A DNA stretch of 64,000 nucleotides from Octopus bimaculoides (lineage: Eukaryota), in contig NC_068988.1 in assembly GCF_001194135.2 (NCBI RefSeq), positions 64,291,823 through 64,355,822 on the forward strand, given 5' to 3'. This document shows, one piece after another, positions 1 to 11,130 of this stretch. Under the pieces are notes generated by a model. It was given only the letters and a program-made list of their open reading frames with translations, was not told the origin of the DNA and did not search any database. A program made the position numbers and the translations under genes. Each line of letters begins with the position of its first letter. Position 1 is the stretch's first letter.

Positions 1-334
1 TATATATATATATATATGGAGAGAGCAAGTGTATTCCCATGCAGGAAGGAATATAAAAGAATTTGTTTCAGGGTTTGAAAATGCTCCTGAATATCTAAAG
101 GTTTAGTCGTTTTAAATCTTGTAATAGATTTATTCAAATACCAAACCAGTTTCGACAATGTTTTGGTTGTAGATGGTAAAAAATAAATAGATAAATAAAT
201 AAATAAATAAATAAGTGGTTTAGGAGAGTTTAAATTAACAAGGGAAAATTCGAAAAAACGTATTTAAACGATCAGATGTTCAAATATTCATAGAAATATC
301 AATGAGCTGCACAGAGATAGGCAGTAATATAAGT

Positions 335-544
335 TTAACCCTTCATCATTTAAACCGGCTGCATCAGTCCCAAATATTCTGGCCGGATCTGGTCTCTCAC
401 ACCTATCTTACAATGTCATTCTGAAAAATATAGAATCACGTCATCAAAATCGCAAAGCTACAAGATAAGGCGTGATTAATTTAAAACAATGTGAATAAAG
501 AAGAATCACATTTGATAAAGTAATCTGAATACTAAATAGTTTAA
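335..544. mobile_element. Possible piggyBac-type MITE
   Basis: TTAA at both ends (335-338 and 541-544), a CCC start and an imperfect terminal inverted repeat. Confidence 0.45.
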
Positions 545-816
545 ATGTTCGATGAAGATCATAACATATATACATGATTGAAATTTAAGTCAAATTGAGT
601 TTTTTAGAAAATAAGAAAAAAAAAAGAGAGAGAAGAAGTTTTTTACAATTTCTGTCTTAGAGATGAAGGAGTCAGTCGTTCGTCAGTTTCTGTCGTGGTA
701 CATGAAGTTCTTCCTCGTTGGTCACTGGTTCGACTGTCATCTTTTTACACGCAGTAAAATATTATAAAAATTGAAACTTCCCATTGATGATCAATCACAA
801 AAAAAAAGTAGACAGT

Positions 817-1260
817 ATAGGCGCAGGAGTGGCTGTGTGGTAAATAGCTTGCTTACCAACCACATGGTTCCGGGTTCATTCCCACTGCGTGGCACCTTGG
901 GCAAGTGTCTTCTACTATAGCCTCGGGCCGACCAAAGCATTGTGAGTGGATTTGGTAGACAGAAACTGAAAGAAGCCCGTCGTATCTATGTATATGTATA
1001 TATATATAGATATATATATGTGTGTGTGTGTGTTTTTGTGTGTGTATTTGTGTGTCTGTGTTTGTCCCCTCCTAACATCGCTTGACAACCGATGCTGGTG
1101 TGTTTATGTCCCTGTCACTTAGCGGTTCGGCAAAAGAGACCGATAGAATAAGTACTACGCTTACAAAGAATAAGTCTCAGGGTCGATTTGATCGACTAAA
1201 GGTGGTGCTCCAGCATGGCCGCAGTCAAATGACTGAAACAAGTAAAAAAGTAAAAGAGTA
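817..1260 (+). mobile_element. tRNA-derived SINE family A, full length (head, internal TA/TG microsatellite, 3' half, A-rich tail)
   Basis: A-box-like TGGCTGTGTGG and B-box-like GGTTCATTCCC. Near-identical copies elsewhere in the window. Ends ACTGAAACAAGTAAAA. Confidence 0.9.
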
Positions 1261-1261
1261 T

Positions 1262-1745
1262 GAAAGGTCTTGATCATAGTAATCGGCTGGAGAAGCTCAT
1301 CATTTATACTCCCCATTTGTATGATGTCGAAAATATTCGAACTGCATTGCCCAAATGATGTTGGCTTCACCTTTAAATTTCACCCAAGGCTTAGTTCCTC
1401 TGCCATCCGTCATCTACAAAAATCATGCTCACATTCCATACAACACTAATACAGAACTATTTTACCTCGACTGGCACAGCTTGCCTTAACATCTTTCTAA
1501 GACACATACGAGAAGAAACAGGTATTTACATTCAAACGATCACTGGTTGAATACTTCTCCAACAAATTCCAGATTTACCACGTACACCCGAATATATCTC
1601 TGCAAACAATCATACTTTACTTGAATAGGATATAAGGCCCAAATAATGACTATAATTCGAAACATTATTAAATGTCTTTTCCAGATGGTGTTATTGAATT
1701 AGTCATAGCCTGGGCCAAATTTCAGCCGAAATTTAATAAAGTACA
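1262..1745 (+). mobile_element. Probable 3' end of a CR1-like LINE (ORF2 C-terminus plus 3' UTR), frameshifted
   Basis: Fragmentary translation ...RHIREET / FKRSL / LQQIPDLPRTPEYISANNHTLLE* resembles the C-terminus of invertebrate CR1-like ORF2 (recalled, not searched). Confidence 0.5.
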
Positions 1746-1749
1746 TATA

Positions 1750-1784
1750 TTTCTGTGTGCGTGCATGTTTGTCTCTCTCTCTCT

Positions 1785-1819
<35 letters not shown>

Positions 1820-1967
1820 ACGGGCTTCTTTCATTTTCGTCTACCAAATCCATTCTCAAGGCTTTGGTCGGCCCCAGACTATAGTAGAAGATACTTGCCC
1901 AAGGTGCCGGGCAGTGCGACTGAACCCGGAACCATGTGATTGGGAAGTAAGCTTCTAACCACACACC
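1750..1967 (-). mobile_element. SINE family A, 5' half
   Basis: Reverse complement matches the head of 817-1260. Confidence 0.85.
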
Positions 1968-1973
1968 CAATAA

Positions 1974-2006
<33 letters not shown>

Positions 2007-3374
2007 NNNNNNNNNNNNNNNNNNNNNNNNNNNNNNNNNNNNNNNNNNNNNNNNNNNNNNNNNNNNAGAGAGAGAGTTATTAATATTTCTAAGTCTCTCT
2101 AAAGGAGACTACGGCAGCGGTACTGGAAATTAATAGTTATCGCCAAGCCAACATGGCAGTCCCAAAATATATATATAAGCAAATAGCAAATGAGTATATG
2201 CATATATACGTACAGGTATGTGCATACCGACATCCACCTGTATGTATAGGTGCATATCTGGGTACAGGACATTACAAACAAAACGTAGACAAGAAAATGA
2301 TGATAATCAGAGTACAGAAAACACACAAGCCACATAGAGAACATTTTCCTTCATCAGCTACCCCCGTTTTAACACCGGCGTTTCGAAGAGCTAGATCTGT
2401 AGTAACGTTTCAACGATAGGACCTAATAAGACACAAACATCTTCGAGGTTGTTAGTAGCAATATTTAAGTTATTAGTAACCACTTACAGCTTAATAGACT
2501 GAGCTGCTCCGTATAAAACAACTAGGTCATAGATACTTTAATATATTGGTTATAGTACCGCAACCGACGTTTTCGTGGGGCGTTTTTGTCTTTTTATTGT
2601 TGTTTTTCTGTCGTTTTTTTTTTCTTTTTTAGCTTCTTATCTATTATTCTTATCCATTCGGTCATCTGTAACTCCACTCAGAACTCACTAAGCGATGTGT
2701 GGAATTTTAAGAAAATGATGCATGAAGCTGGGAATCGAAAACCGATCGTTGATTGGACTCAGTGGGACTTAACTACCTAATTTACCCTACAGCATATGAC
2801 GCAAGAAAAGATGCGGAAAAAAGATAAATTATCTATTTTCTCCCTTCCCGTCCTCCATACACACACACACATACACACGCACACACTCACACACAAACAC
2901 ACCTCTTTCTGTTTCTCTATCTCTTTTGAAAATAAAATAATATAATATATTATATAAAATAAAATAACGAGAAATTAAATTAAATTAAATTAAAAACTGA
3001 TAAAGATCAAAGGAAAAATTATAACAACTCTACGAAATAAAATTTTCGAAAAACATAAATAGGAATAACATAAAGATAATATATAGAGGGGGGGAAATAA
3101 TAAAAAAATAAACGCGATATTTAAAGAGGAGTTTATCAACAAAGAGAGCTGTTATTGAACTAATAATAGTTTAATTATTTAGTATCAGTTTTAGTTTAAG
3201 GTGCGTGTGGCGGAAGAGAGAGAGCGGGAGAGAGAGAGCGAGGCCTGGAACACATTTATAAACCCCTTACCTACCACGTCTGTTATCGACGATGACTTTT
3301 ATTAGTTCGCTATTTGGCTTCTGTGTATGTTTTTTTCTTCGGCGTGTTGTTTGGTATTAATGCGTATATGTGTG

Positions 3375-3420
3375 TGGGAAGGAAGTGAAGGGGCGGGGTC
3401 AGTAATATATTTCGCAATGG
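3375..3420. promoter_or_regulatory. Possible promoter elements (ETS-like GGAAGTG and GC-box GGGGCGGGG)
   Basis: GGAAGTG at 3381-3387 and GGGGCGGGGT at 3390-3399, in non-repetitive, CpG-containing sequence. Motif evidence only. Confidence 0.25.
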
Positions 3421-3555
3421 TCGCTTGAGACAGAACAGACAGACAAATTTAAATAACTCACCCATATCCTCCCTCGGCCCACGCTAAAGAAAATGATTAT
3501 TTTTTTTCTCTCTCTCTAAACCGATACATTATTGCATAAACTATTTATTAATATA

Positions 3556-3585
3556 ACGAGCTGAGGCACTCGGCGTTGCCCGGGT
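3556..3585 (-). mobile_element. Isolated Helitron-type terminus
   Basis: Reverse complement ACCCGGGCAACGCCGAGTGCCTCAGCTCGT parallels 30917-30945. Confidence 0.45.
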
Positions 3586-4001
3586 GCCGGATACGTAGGT
3601 AGTGCGTGCGTATGTATGTATATGTGGGTTAAACTAACTGAATTGACTCACATACAGCAACCGTTTCACGTAGTTTTTTTGTTTGTTTCGTATGCATAAA
3701 TTTATGAGTGTGTATGTATGCAGATACACATTGTATACATGCATACACATATTCATAAATGCATGCATGTTTAAGAGTTTTATTTTATATAATCATTAAT
3801 TTTTAATTTAAGAAAATCTTTTTTCATACATGTGTGNNNNNNNNNNGCTAGTTCATAAAACGTGCTACCTGAATATTTTGTAAATAACACAGACAAATTT
3901 CAACATGAAAACAAAAAAGAATGAATTAACTTCTACCTTCAACAGTATTCGAAACTGCATACTAACTTTCCGAAGATACGATATTTTAAATACAGTTCTT
4001 C

Positions 4002-4215
4002 AGGCCGGCGATCTACAGAATTGTTAGCACGCCGGACAAAATTCTTAGCAGCGTTTCGTCCGTCCTTACATTTCGAGTTCAAACTCCGTCGAGGTTGACT
4101 TTGCCTTCCATCACTTTCGGGGTTTATAAAATAAGTACCAGTAGAGTATTGGGGTCGATGTAATCGACTTATACCCTCCTCCAAAATTGCTGGCCATGTG
4201 CCAAGATTTAAAACG
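4002..4215 (+). mobile_element. SINE family B
   Basis: Matches 10769-10972. Confidence 0.85.
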
Positions 4216-4380
4216 AATAATTACAGGGCTCCAATTTGATATTGTCTATACATTGTTACCTAAGAAAGATGGGTGAGAGAATGATCTTGCGTCTGTGTAT
4301 ATGAATAAGAGAGACAGAAATTATTAGTGTGAGACATAACGTGAAAGGGGGAGCCTAATTAACAGAAATATTAAAGAGGA

Positions 4381-4427
4381 GACTGTCTGATGAGAACACA
4401 ATAAGATTCGAAAATCGATTAAGGCTG
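4381..4427 (+). ncRNA. Decayed hammerhead-like motif
   Basis: CUGAUGA-GAA(10 nt)UUC-GAA-AAUCGAUU-A. The core and an 8-nt palindrome are present, but stem I pairs poorly. Confidence 0.4.
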
Positions 4428-4494
4428 TTCATCACCCTTTCAGTCTGCGGAGAAATGGCTAGAATTTGCCCTGTTTATAATTATACCATATGTT

Positions 4495-4656
4495 ACGTAT
4501 GATAGATCGCTGACCACTACATTTATATTTTTTTTCTCCTTGTTTCTCTCCTTGTTTCTTTCTGTGTTCCTTTCAGTTGAAAAGCGTAGGCTCGAAACGT
4601 CAAAGACTTTCTCTATTCCCGAGCGTTAAACTAATACATCCATTTGTTGTTTACAC
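4495..4656 (+). repeat. Short interspersed repeat carrying the variant hammerhead-like motif (copy 1)
   Basis: Aligns with the reverse complement of 27390-27580 (GATAGATCG.TGACCACTAC...GCGTAGGCTCGAAACGT.AAAGACTTTC...TAATACATC). Confidence 0.8.
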
Positions 4657-4847
4657 NNNNNNNNNNNNNNNNNNNNNNNNNNNNNNNNNNNNNNNNNNNN
4701 NNNNNNNNNNNNNNNNNNNNNNNNNNNNNNNNNNNNNNNNNNNNNNNNNNNNNNNNNNNNNNNNNNNNNNNNNNNNNNNNNNNNNNNNNNNNNNNNNNNN
4801 NNNNNNNNNNNNNNNNNNNNNNNNNNNNNNNNNNNNNNNNNNNNNNN

Positions 4848-4885
<38 letters not shown>

Positions 4886-5112
4886 TGTGTGTTTGTGTTT
4901 GTGTGTTTGTGTTCGTCCCCCCCTCCCAACATCGCTTGACAACCGATGGTGGTGCTTTTACGTCCCAGTAACTTAGCGGTTCGGCAAAATAGACCGATAG
5001 AATAAGTACTACGCTTACAAAGAATAAGTCCCGGGGTCGATTTGCTCGACTAAAGGCGGTGCTCCAGCATGGCCGTAGTCAAATGACTGAAACAAGTAAA
5101 AGAAAAAAAAAG
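4848..5112 (+). mobile_element. SINE family A, 3' half (after a gap)
   Basis: Matches 1030-1260. Confidence 0.9.
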
Positions 5113-5403
5113 AGGACAGTAAGGAAGAAAAGACACCATTAAACTGACATCCTAAATTGATGACGTTTCTCTACTTCACAGCAACACAAGCAGTGTTTCA
5201 ACATTCCTTTCTTTGTATTTTCCCCCGTTTTATTTCAGTGGGGTTTTGATCTCGGAATGTCTTCTTTCTTTGTGTATGATTCTGGAATTCTTTTGGAATT
5301 GTGCGCAAAATGTGGAAGCGATCGGCTGAGAAATGATGACGTACCAAGACAGATAGTCAAACGTCGACGCTTATAGTTATAGGTACACAATATTATGTTA
5401 TAT

Positions 5404-5682
5404 AAGACGCTGAGCTGGCAGAATTGTTTTCACACCGGACAAAATGCTTAACAGTTTTTTGTCCTTCTGTACGTTCACAGTTCAAAGTCCGCCGAGGTCG
5501 ACTTTTCCGATTATCCTTTTTATAATAGATTATTTTACTATAATAGATTACCTTACATTGGCTTTAAATTTTGGCACAAGTCCATGGGCAAGTCGATTAC
5601 ATCGACCCTGGTGTTCAACTGGTACTTTATTTATCGATCCCGAAAGGATGGAGAGCAAAGTCGATCTCGGCAGAATTTGAAC
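5404..5682. mobile_element. Two SINE family B fragments in opposite orientation (5404-5510 +, 5566-5682 -)
   Basis: Both match family B. GTTCAAAGTCCGCCGAGGTCGAC is complementary to GTCGATCTCGGCAGAATTTGAAC. Confidence 0.8.
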
Positions 5683-6803
5683 ACATAGTGTCAAAGTGTC
5701 AAATAAGTTAGCATTGAATCAATGACGTCGAATAGGCGGCGCCAAAACTGCTGTGCCAAAACTGCTGTGCCAAAACACCTCTTACATCATTCTATATCAG
5801 TTGTAAATATTGTAGAATTGTAGATGACTCTTAGTATGTTTATTTGTGTTTGTGTGTGTATGTTTTATATTATTGAATATAATGGTTTTATATGATGGTT
5901 TATGGTATAGCTAGTAAAAAAGGGGACAGTAAATTTGCTCGGCGCTATTTTCTGTCTGTTGCTATAGAATTTCCAAGTGATTTAAATAGGGTTGGAATTG
6001 TTGTGAAGCAGTGTCTAAGGAACAATGAGAGGTTGTTAGTATAATGTCATTTGTGTATGATGTTCTGTATGTGTGCATGAGGCTGTGTTTGTAAGAAGCC
6101 GTGTTTTGTGGAGGTGCGGGAAAGTGGCATAGATGTAGGTTGAAAAGACCGGTATATTCCTTCAGGAAATTGCATGTTCCAGACACGTTGTCCTTCAACA
6201 CTATGTGGGCTTTGCTACCTGACAACAGACGGATTGTTTGACAGCAGCGTTTTGTGTTGTTTCTTAGGGCGATGTTGATTATTTCATGTATGAAATAGAT
6301 AATCAGGAATGGCTCTGAATGCTTTGTTGATGTCGATGTAATTAGAATGTTACGTGTAAGGGTTTGATTGGTTGTTGAAGCCATCATGTATTCTCTTTGT
6401 TATGTACATGTGATGGATGGCTGTATTTGCTTGGATCTCTAGGTCTTGTTGTGATCTAGGGAGATATAGGAATATAGGATTGGTGATGTTGCCTTCTGGT
6501 ACACATAATGAATGTTTATAATTATTCTGTTGACTATATACAGTAGTAGCAGTTTGTGTTGCTTTTGTCAATCCCAGCTCAAGCCTCATCGAGAAGACTT
6601 AATATAAAAGCATACCAGCCGTGACCATTCCATCTTTTTTTCTGATATGTATGACATCCAGAACCATAATTTTCTTTTGTAACGCAGAATGCAGTTCGAG
6701 AGAGATTTGACGGTTACGTCCAGCCGAGAGCGCGGCTACGTAGGAGCTCCCTCGTTTTCTTGTTAAGTGTTTATCGTAATACCAGGTTCGAAATTTTCCC
6801 CAA

Positions 6804-6849
6804 GAAACCTGATGAAGGCTGGAGGGTATATCAGCCGAAACGTTGTGTT
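6804..6849 (+). ncRNA. Minimal type-I hammerhead ribozyme motif
   Basis: GAAAC-CUGAUGA-A-GGCUGG(AGGGUAUA)UCAGCC-GAA-ACGU-U/GUGUU. Stem II has 6 bp, ACGT is a palindrome and stem I pairs 4 of 5. Confidence 0.65.
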
Positions 6850-6949
6850 AACAACAAACAAGATGAGGACAAATATCCGTCAAATGTAAATAATGTAATA
6901 CTTTTCGTTCATCTTAATTTATGGTTCAGGAATACTTTTACATTCACCC

Positions 6950-7260
6950 AGTAAAAACACAAATCCCACAGATTATATTACATGAACCAAAGCCACTCAA
7001 GATACAGAATCGATGAATACATCATGAAAATCTAAGAAACGCAGCATTCAAACATGAACTAGCAGATTATATTAGAAAAACAGCAGAGATGAAAACCTTT
7101 TTATCAACCGGAAATGACAAATCTACAAGGCGCAGAACACACATCAGACAACAATGTAATATTAAAATTGCAATATAGCCATGAATTCTCTTACGTTCGC
7201 GATGCAGAGTGTTGTGTTACATGAAACATATATTGCTATATAATCGCATTGGTTGATCAT
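6950..7260 (+). mobile_element. Possible Penelope-like element GIY-YIG endonuclease C-terminal relic
   Basis: Broken translation DYI...RY...RNAAFKHELADYIRK...KST...C resembles the PLE endonuclease tail (FRN...EL..Y.W...W.I..K). It lies ~100 nt downstream of a hammerhead-like motif on the same strand. Confidence 0.4.
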
Positions 7261-7504
7261 GTATTTACAACAAGAACCTTTTACAGTGCACGAAGCAAAA
7301 AGTAGATGGGGTGGAGAAGCAGCTATATAGCTATATATAGCAGGCGTCCCCTATATGGCAAGGGTCACCAAACACTGGTTCACAGAACATTTGGTACCAT
7401 ATCGCAGATCATTTGATACCGCACAGAGAGGATAAAATTTTAAAATTTTATTTCTATTTTATTGATGACCGCAGACCATAAGATGTTTTTGCTTGCTATC
7501 TTTT

Positions 7505-7905
7505 ATATTCGACTTGTTTCAGTCATTGGGCTGCGGCCATGCTGAGGCTCTGTCTTCAAGAACTTTAGTCGAACAAATTATTCGAGTACTTCTTTTTTTT
7601 TTCTTTTTAAAATGATAGTTATTCTATTGGTCCCTTTGGCTGAAGCACTAAATGACGGGGACGTAAACACATCAACACCGGCTGTCAAGCGGTGGCGGAG
7701 GACAAACATGGACAAACGCACGCACCCACACACACACACATATATACATATATATATATATATATATACGACGGGCTTCTTTCAGTTCCCGTCTACGAAA
7801 TCCACTCAATGCTTTGTTTCGTTCCGAAGCTATAGTACAAAACTGAACCCGGAACCATGTGGTTAGGAAGCAAGCTTCTTACCACATAGCCACGCCTGCG
7901 CCTAT
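7505..7905 (-). mobile_element. SINE family A, diverged, internally deleted
   Basis: Reverse complement starts ATAGGCGCAGGCGTGGCT and ends ...CAATGACTGAAACAAGT. Confidence 0.85.
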
Positions 7906-8758
7906 ATTATATACGTCATAATTAAATTATACAATTAAGCACTTTATTGTGTTTTGCAATGCAATTAACCCCCTCCCTAACCCTTCATGGAATAATTGTT
8001 ATGCATGAAACCTATCCGCAGTGTAAGAAGATTGGGCACCGCTGTTATTAATCATGGCTGCTTTAGTAACAGACAAATTGAAACCAAAAATAGTGGCGTT
8101 TCGGAATTTTAAAAATCTTTGATTTGTGATGGATCTCGTTTCATTGCGCTTTTGCGAGCTTTCTAAATGTAATCTGTTGGATGTGCGTTGTGATAGATAA
8201 TTAGCGGCATATGGTGCGAGAAAGTGGTGGGTGAATTGTTTAACTAGTGTTTGTGGTGGGTAGGTGTAAGGAGCAGAAATTAATATCTCAACGTGTATGT
8301 TGTTGGGATTGTTTAGGATATAAAGGAGGTTCCGCTGAGATGTTTTAAAACTTATTTTGTTAGATTTTCTGAGTTGAAAATCAGGTTTAGAGTGCATTGG
8401 AACTTCCTCTAGTTGAGGTGTTTCTGAGAGTAAACTGTATTGTTACAGGCGAGTGTGACCAAGTGAGATTGTTTGTATGTTTTGGTCCAATTTTCTTTCA
8501 GCTCTTGCCAGTTGCCACCTGAAGGGAATTAATATTATCGTTAAAGGCGCGAAATTGCATTTGACTCTCTGACCGATAACTGATGAGGAGTTGGAGACCT
8601 TCTGTGTCTGTTTTCCATTGGTCTGTGCATTCACTATGTCTTTCAACTTGCGATTCTGTGTCTGTTTTCCATTCGTTTATGCATTTACTATACGTTTTTT
8701 AACTTATTAACAGAACGCATCGCACCCTTAGTTTAATTAACAGTAAATTGTTATAGAC

Positions 8759-8807
<49 letters not shown>

Positions 8808-9806
8808 TACACTTTCTATTTGGGGATAAAAAGCCTACCAATGGTTTCATGCGAAAATTCTCACAATTTTTGGCGGGTTGCTTAATAATGTCTACAATCC
8901 GTCTCCATGTTGGAGTGTGTTTGTGTGCGCGCGCGTGCATGTTGTGTGTTGCTGATATTCTACTTCGAGATTGCGTTCTTAGTTTAGTCTCGTTAATGTT
9001 GTTCTTTTTTATGGACGGTGGTGACTGGCATAGGTGAATTATAGGCAGTAGTAGTAGTAGTAGGGAGGAGGAGGTGATTTTTTTGTTTTTGTAGTGGTGG
9101 TGATCTCAGCGGTGAGGGTGATGGTTGTAGAGATGAGTGTGCAAAGGTGATGTTGTGGACTCTATGCAATAGTGATTGCGTTTCATACATTATGAAACAA
9201 TATCTGATATGGAAAGATAGTATAACGACAATACAAATATCAACAATGAAAAAATAAGAATCATTATAACAACAATAACATTAATAACAATGATGATGAT
9301 GATAATGAGCATCATCATCATCAGGACCATAATAATAATAATAATGATGATGATGATAATTGCCATGTGTAAGCTAATACCTAATTACAAATAATAGCAA
9401 AACCGAAGTTTACAAAATTATGAAAGAAATTATGAAAATATAAAATGGCCGGGAACGAGAGAGAAATATAGTGTAATGCAAGATATATATATATATATAT
9501 ATATANNNNNNNNNNNNNNNNNNNNNNNNNNNNNNNNNNNNNNNNNNNNNNNNNNNNNNNNNNNNNNNNNNNNNNNNNNNNNNNNNNNNNNNNNNNNNNN
9601 NNNNNNNNNNNNNNNNNNNNNNNNNNNNNNNNNNNNNNNNNNNNNNNNNNNNNNNNNNNNNNNNNNNNNNNNNNNNNNNNNNNNNNNNNNNNNNNNNNNN
9701 NNNNNNNNNNNNNNNNNNNNNNNNNNNNNNNNNNNNNNNNNNNNNNNNNNNNNNNNNNNNNNNNNNNNNNNNNNNNNNNNNNNNNNNNNNNNNNNNNNNN
9801 NNNNNN

Positions 9807-9839
<33 letters not shown>

Positions 9840-10582
9840 GTATGTATATATATATATATATATTGTGTGTTTGTGTGTGTGTGTAAAGACAGAGATGGGG
9901 TGAGATAGAAAGAGCGTATGAGAAGGAGAGGAGGCTGTTGTTTCAGAAATTTGAACGTTAAAATAATATAAAATTGATGTTGTGTGAAATGAGGGTCTAA
10001 ACAAATATATTGCATTTATTAGGGATAGTCATGAAAGGGTTAATAATGTTGGTGGGCATGGTGGCAGCGGAGGTTGGGGAGTTGGCGGTGGCAGTTGTGG
10101 TGGTGCTGGTGGTGGCTGTGGTGGTAGTGGTCTGAGGCGGAAAGTAACGCTACTGGCGAGGCTGGTTCTTGAGTTGATATTCGTGAAGGAGGTTATTACA
10201 ACGGTGGTGGGGTTGTTGGAATGGATGGCGATGGAGGGGATGTGATGGTAGTGGTAGATTTGGCGGTGGTGACGGTGATCATGTTATCATTCTTGGTTTC
10301 GTTTTTGAGGGTGATGATGGCGGTGATGGTGGTCGTGGTGCTTGCGATGGAGGTGATGGTGGTGGTGGCGTTCAAGATGTTTACTGGTTGTGTTGCTGTT
10401 GTGTTGGACTCCAAGTTACCTTTATCCAAGCGGACTTGTAATTGAAGGCTTCCCATCGTGACCAACCCGTCTTATTTTTCTATGTGCAACGAACTCAACG
10501 CTCGAAAGTAACTTTTTCGTTTAAAGACAATAATGTATCTTGTCATTGTGTTGAGTCAAAAGTTTTAGTCAGTTACCTCGCA

Positions 10583-10972
10583 AGGCGAAATGCCTAGCAG
10601 TATTTCGTCTGTCTTTACGTTCTGAGTTCAAATTCTGCCAAGATCAACTTTGCCTTTCATCCTTTCGGGGTCGATAGATTAAGTACCAGTTGCGTACTGG
10701 CTCGATCTAATCGACTGACCCCCTCCCCAAAAGTTTCGGACCTTATGCCTAGAGTTGAAAAGATTCTTTAAGGCAGAGAGCTGGCAGAAACGTTAACAAG
10801 CCGGGCGAAATGCTGAGCCGTATTTCGTTTGTCTATACGTTCTGAGTTCAAATTCCGCCGAGGTTGACTTTGTCCTTCATCCTTTCGGAGGTCGATAAAT
10901 TAAGTACCAGTTGCGTACAAGGATCGATCTAATCAAAAATTTCGGGTCTTGTGCCGAGAGTAGAAAAGAATA
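10583..10972 (+). mobile_element. Two tandem copies of SINE family B (second copy 10769-10972)
   Basis: Both contain TTCTGAGTTCAAATTC and TTTG.CTTCATCCTTTCGG.GTCGATA.ATTAAGTACCAG. Confidence 0.9.
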
Positions 10973-11003
10973 TTATTGGTAGCTTCTTTAGTTTACTTGT
11001 TCC

Positions 11004-11130
11004 GATCCATGGTTCACTTCCTGCGCTCGTGACGCTTCATCAACCAAGATCCATGGTTCACTTCCTGCGCTCGTGAGACTTCATCAACCAGGATCCATGG
11101 CTCACTTCCTGCGCTCGTGACGCTTCATCA
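11004..11130. repeat. 44-bp minisatellite, ~2.9 copies
   Basis: Unit GATCCATGGTTCACTTCCTGCGCTCGTGACGCTTCATCAACCAA starts at 11004, 11048 and 11092. Confidence 0.95.

Noticed and set aside
817-900. tRNA-like A/B boxes at SINE heads
   Set aside because: No complete cloverleaf; they continue into SINE bodies and are not tRNA genes.
3556-3600. CpG-rich stretch as evidence of a CpG-island promoter
   Set aside because: Better explained as a Helitron-type terminus (CCCGGGCAACGCCG).
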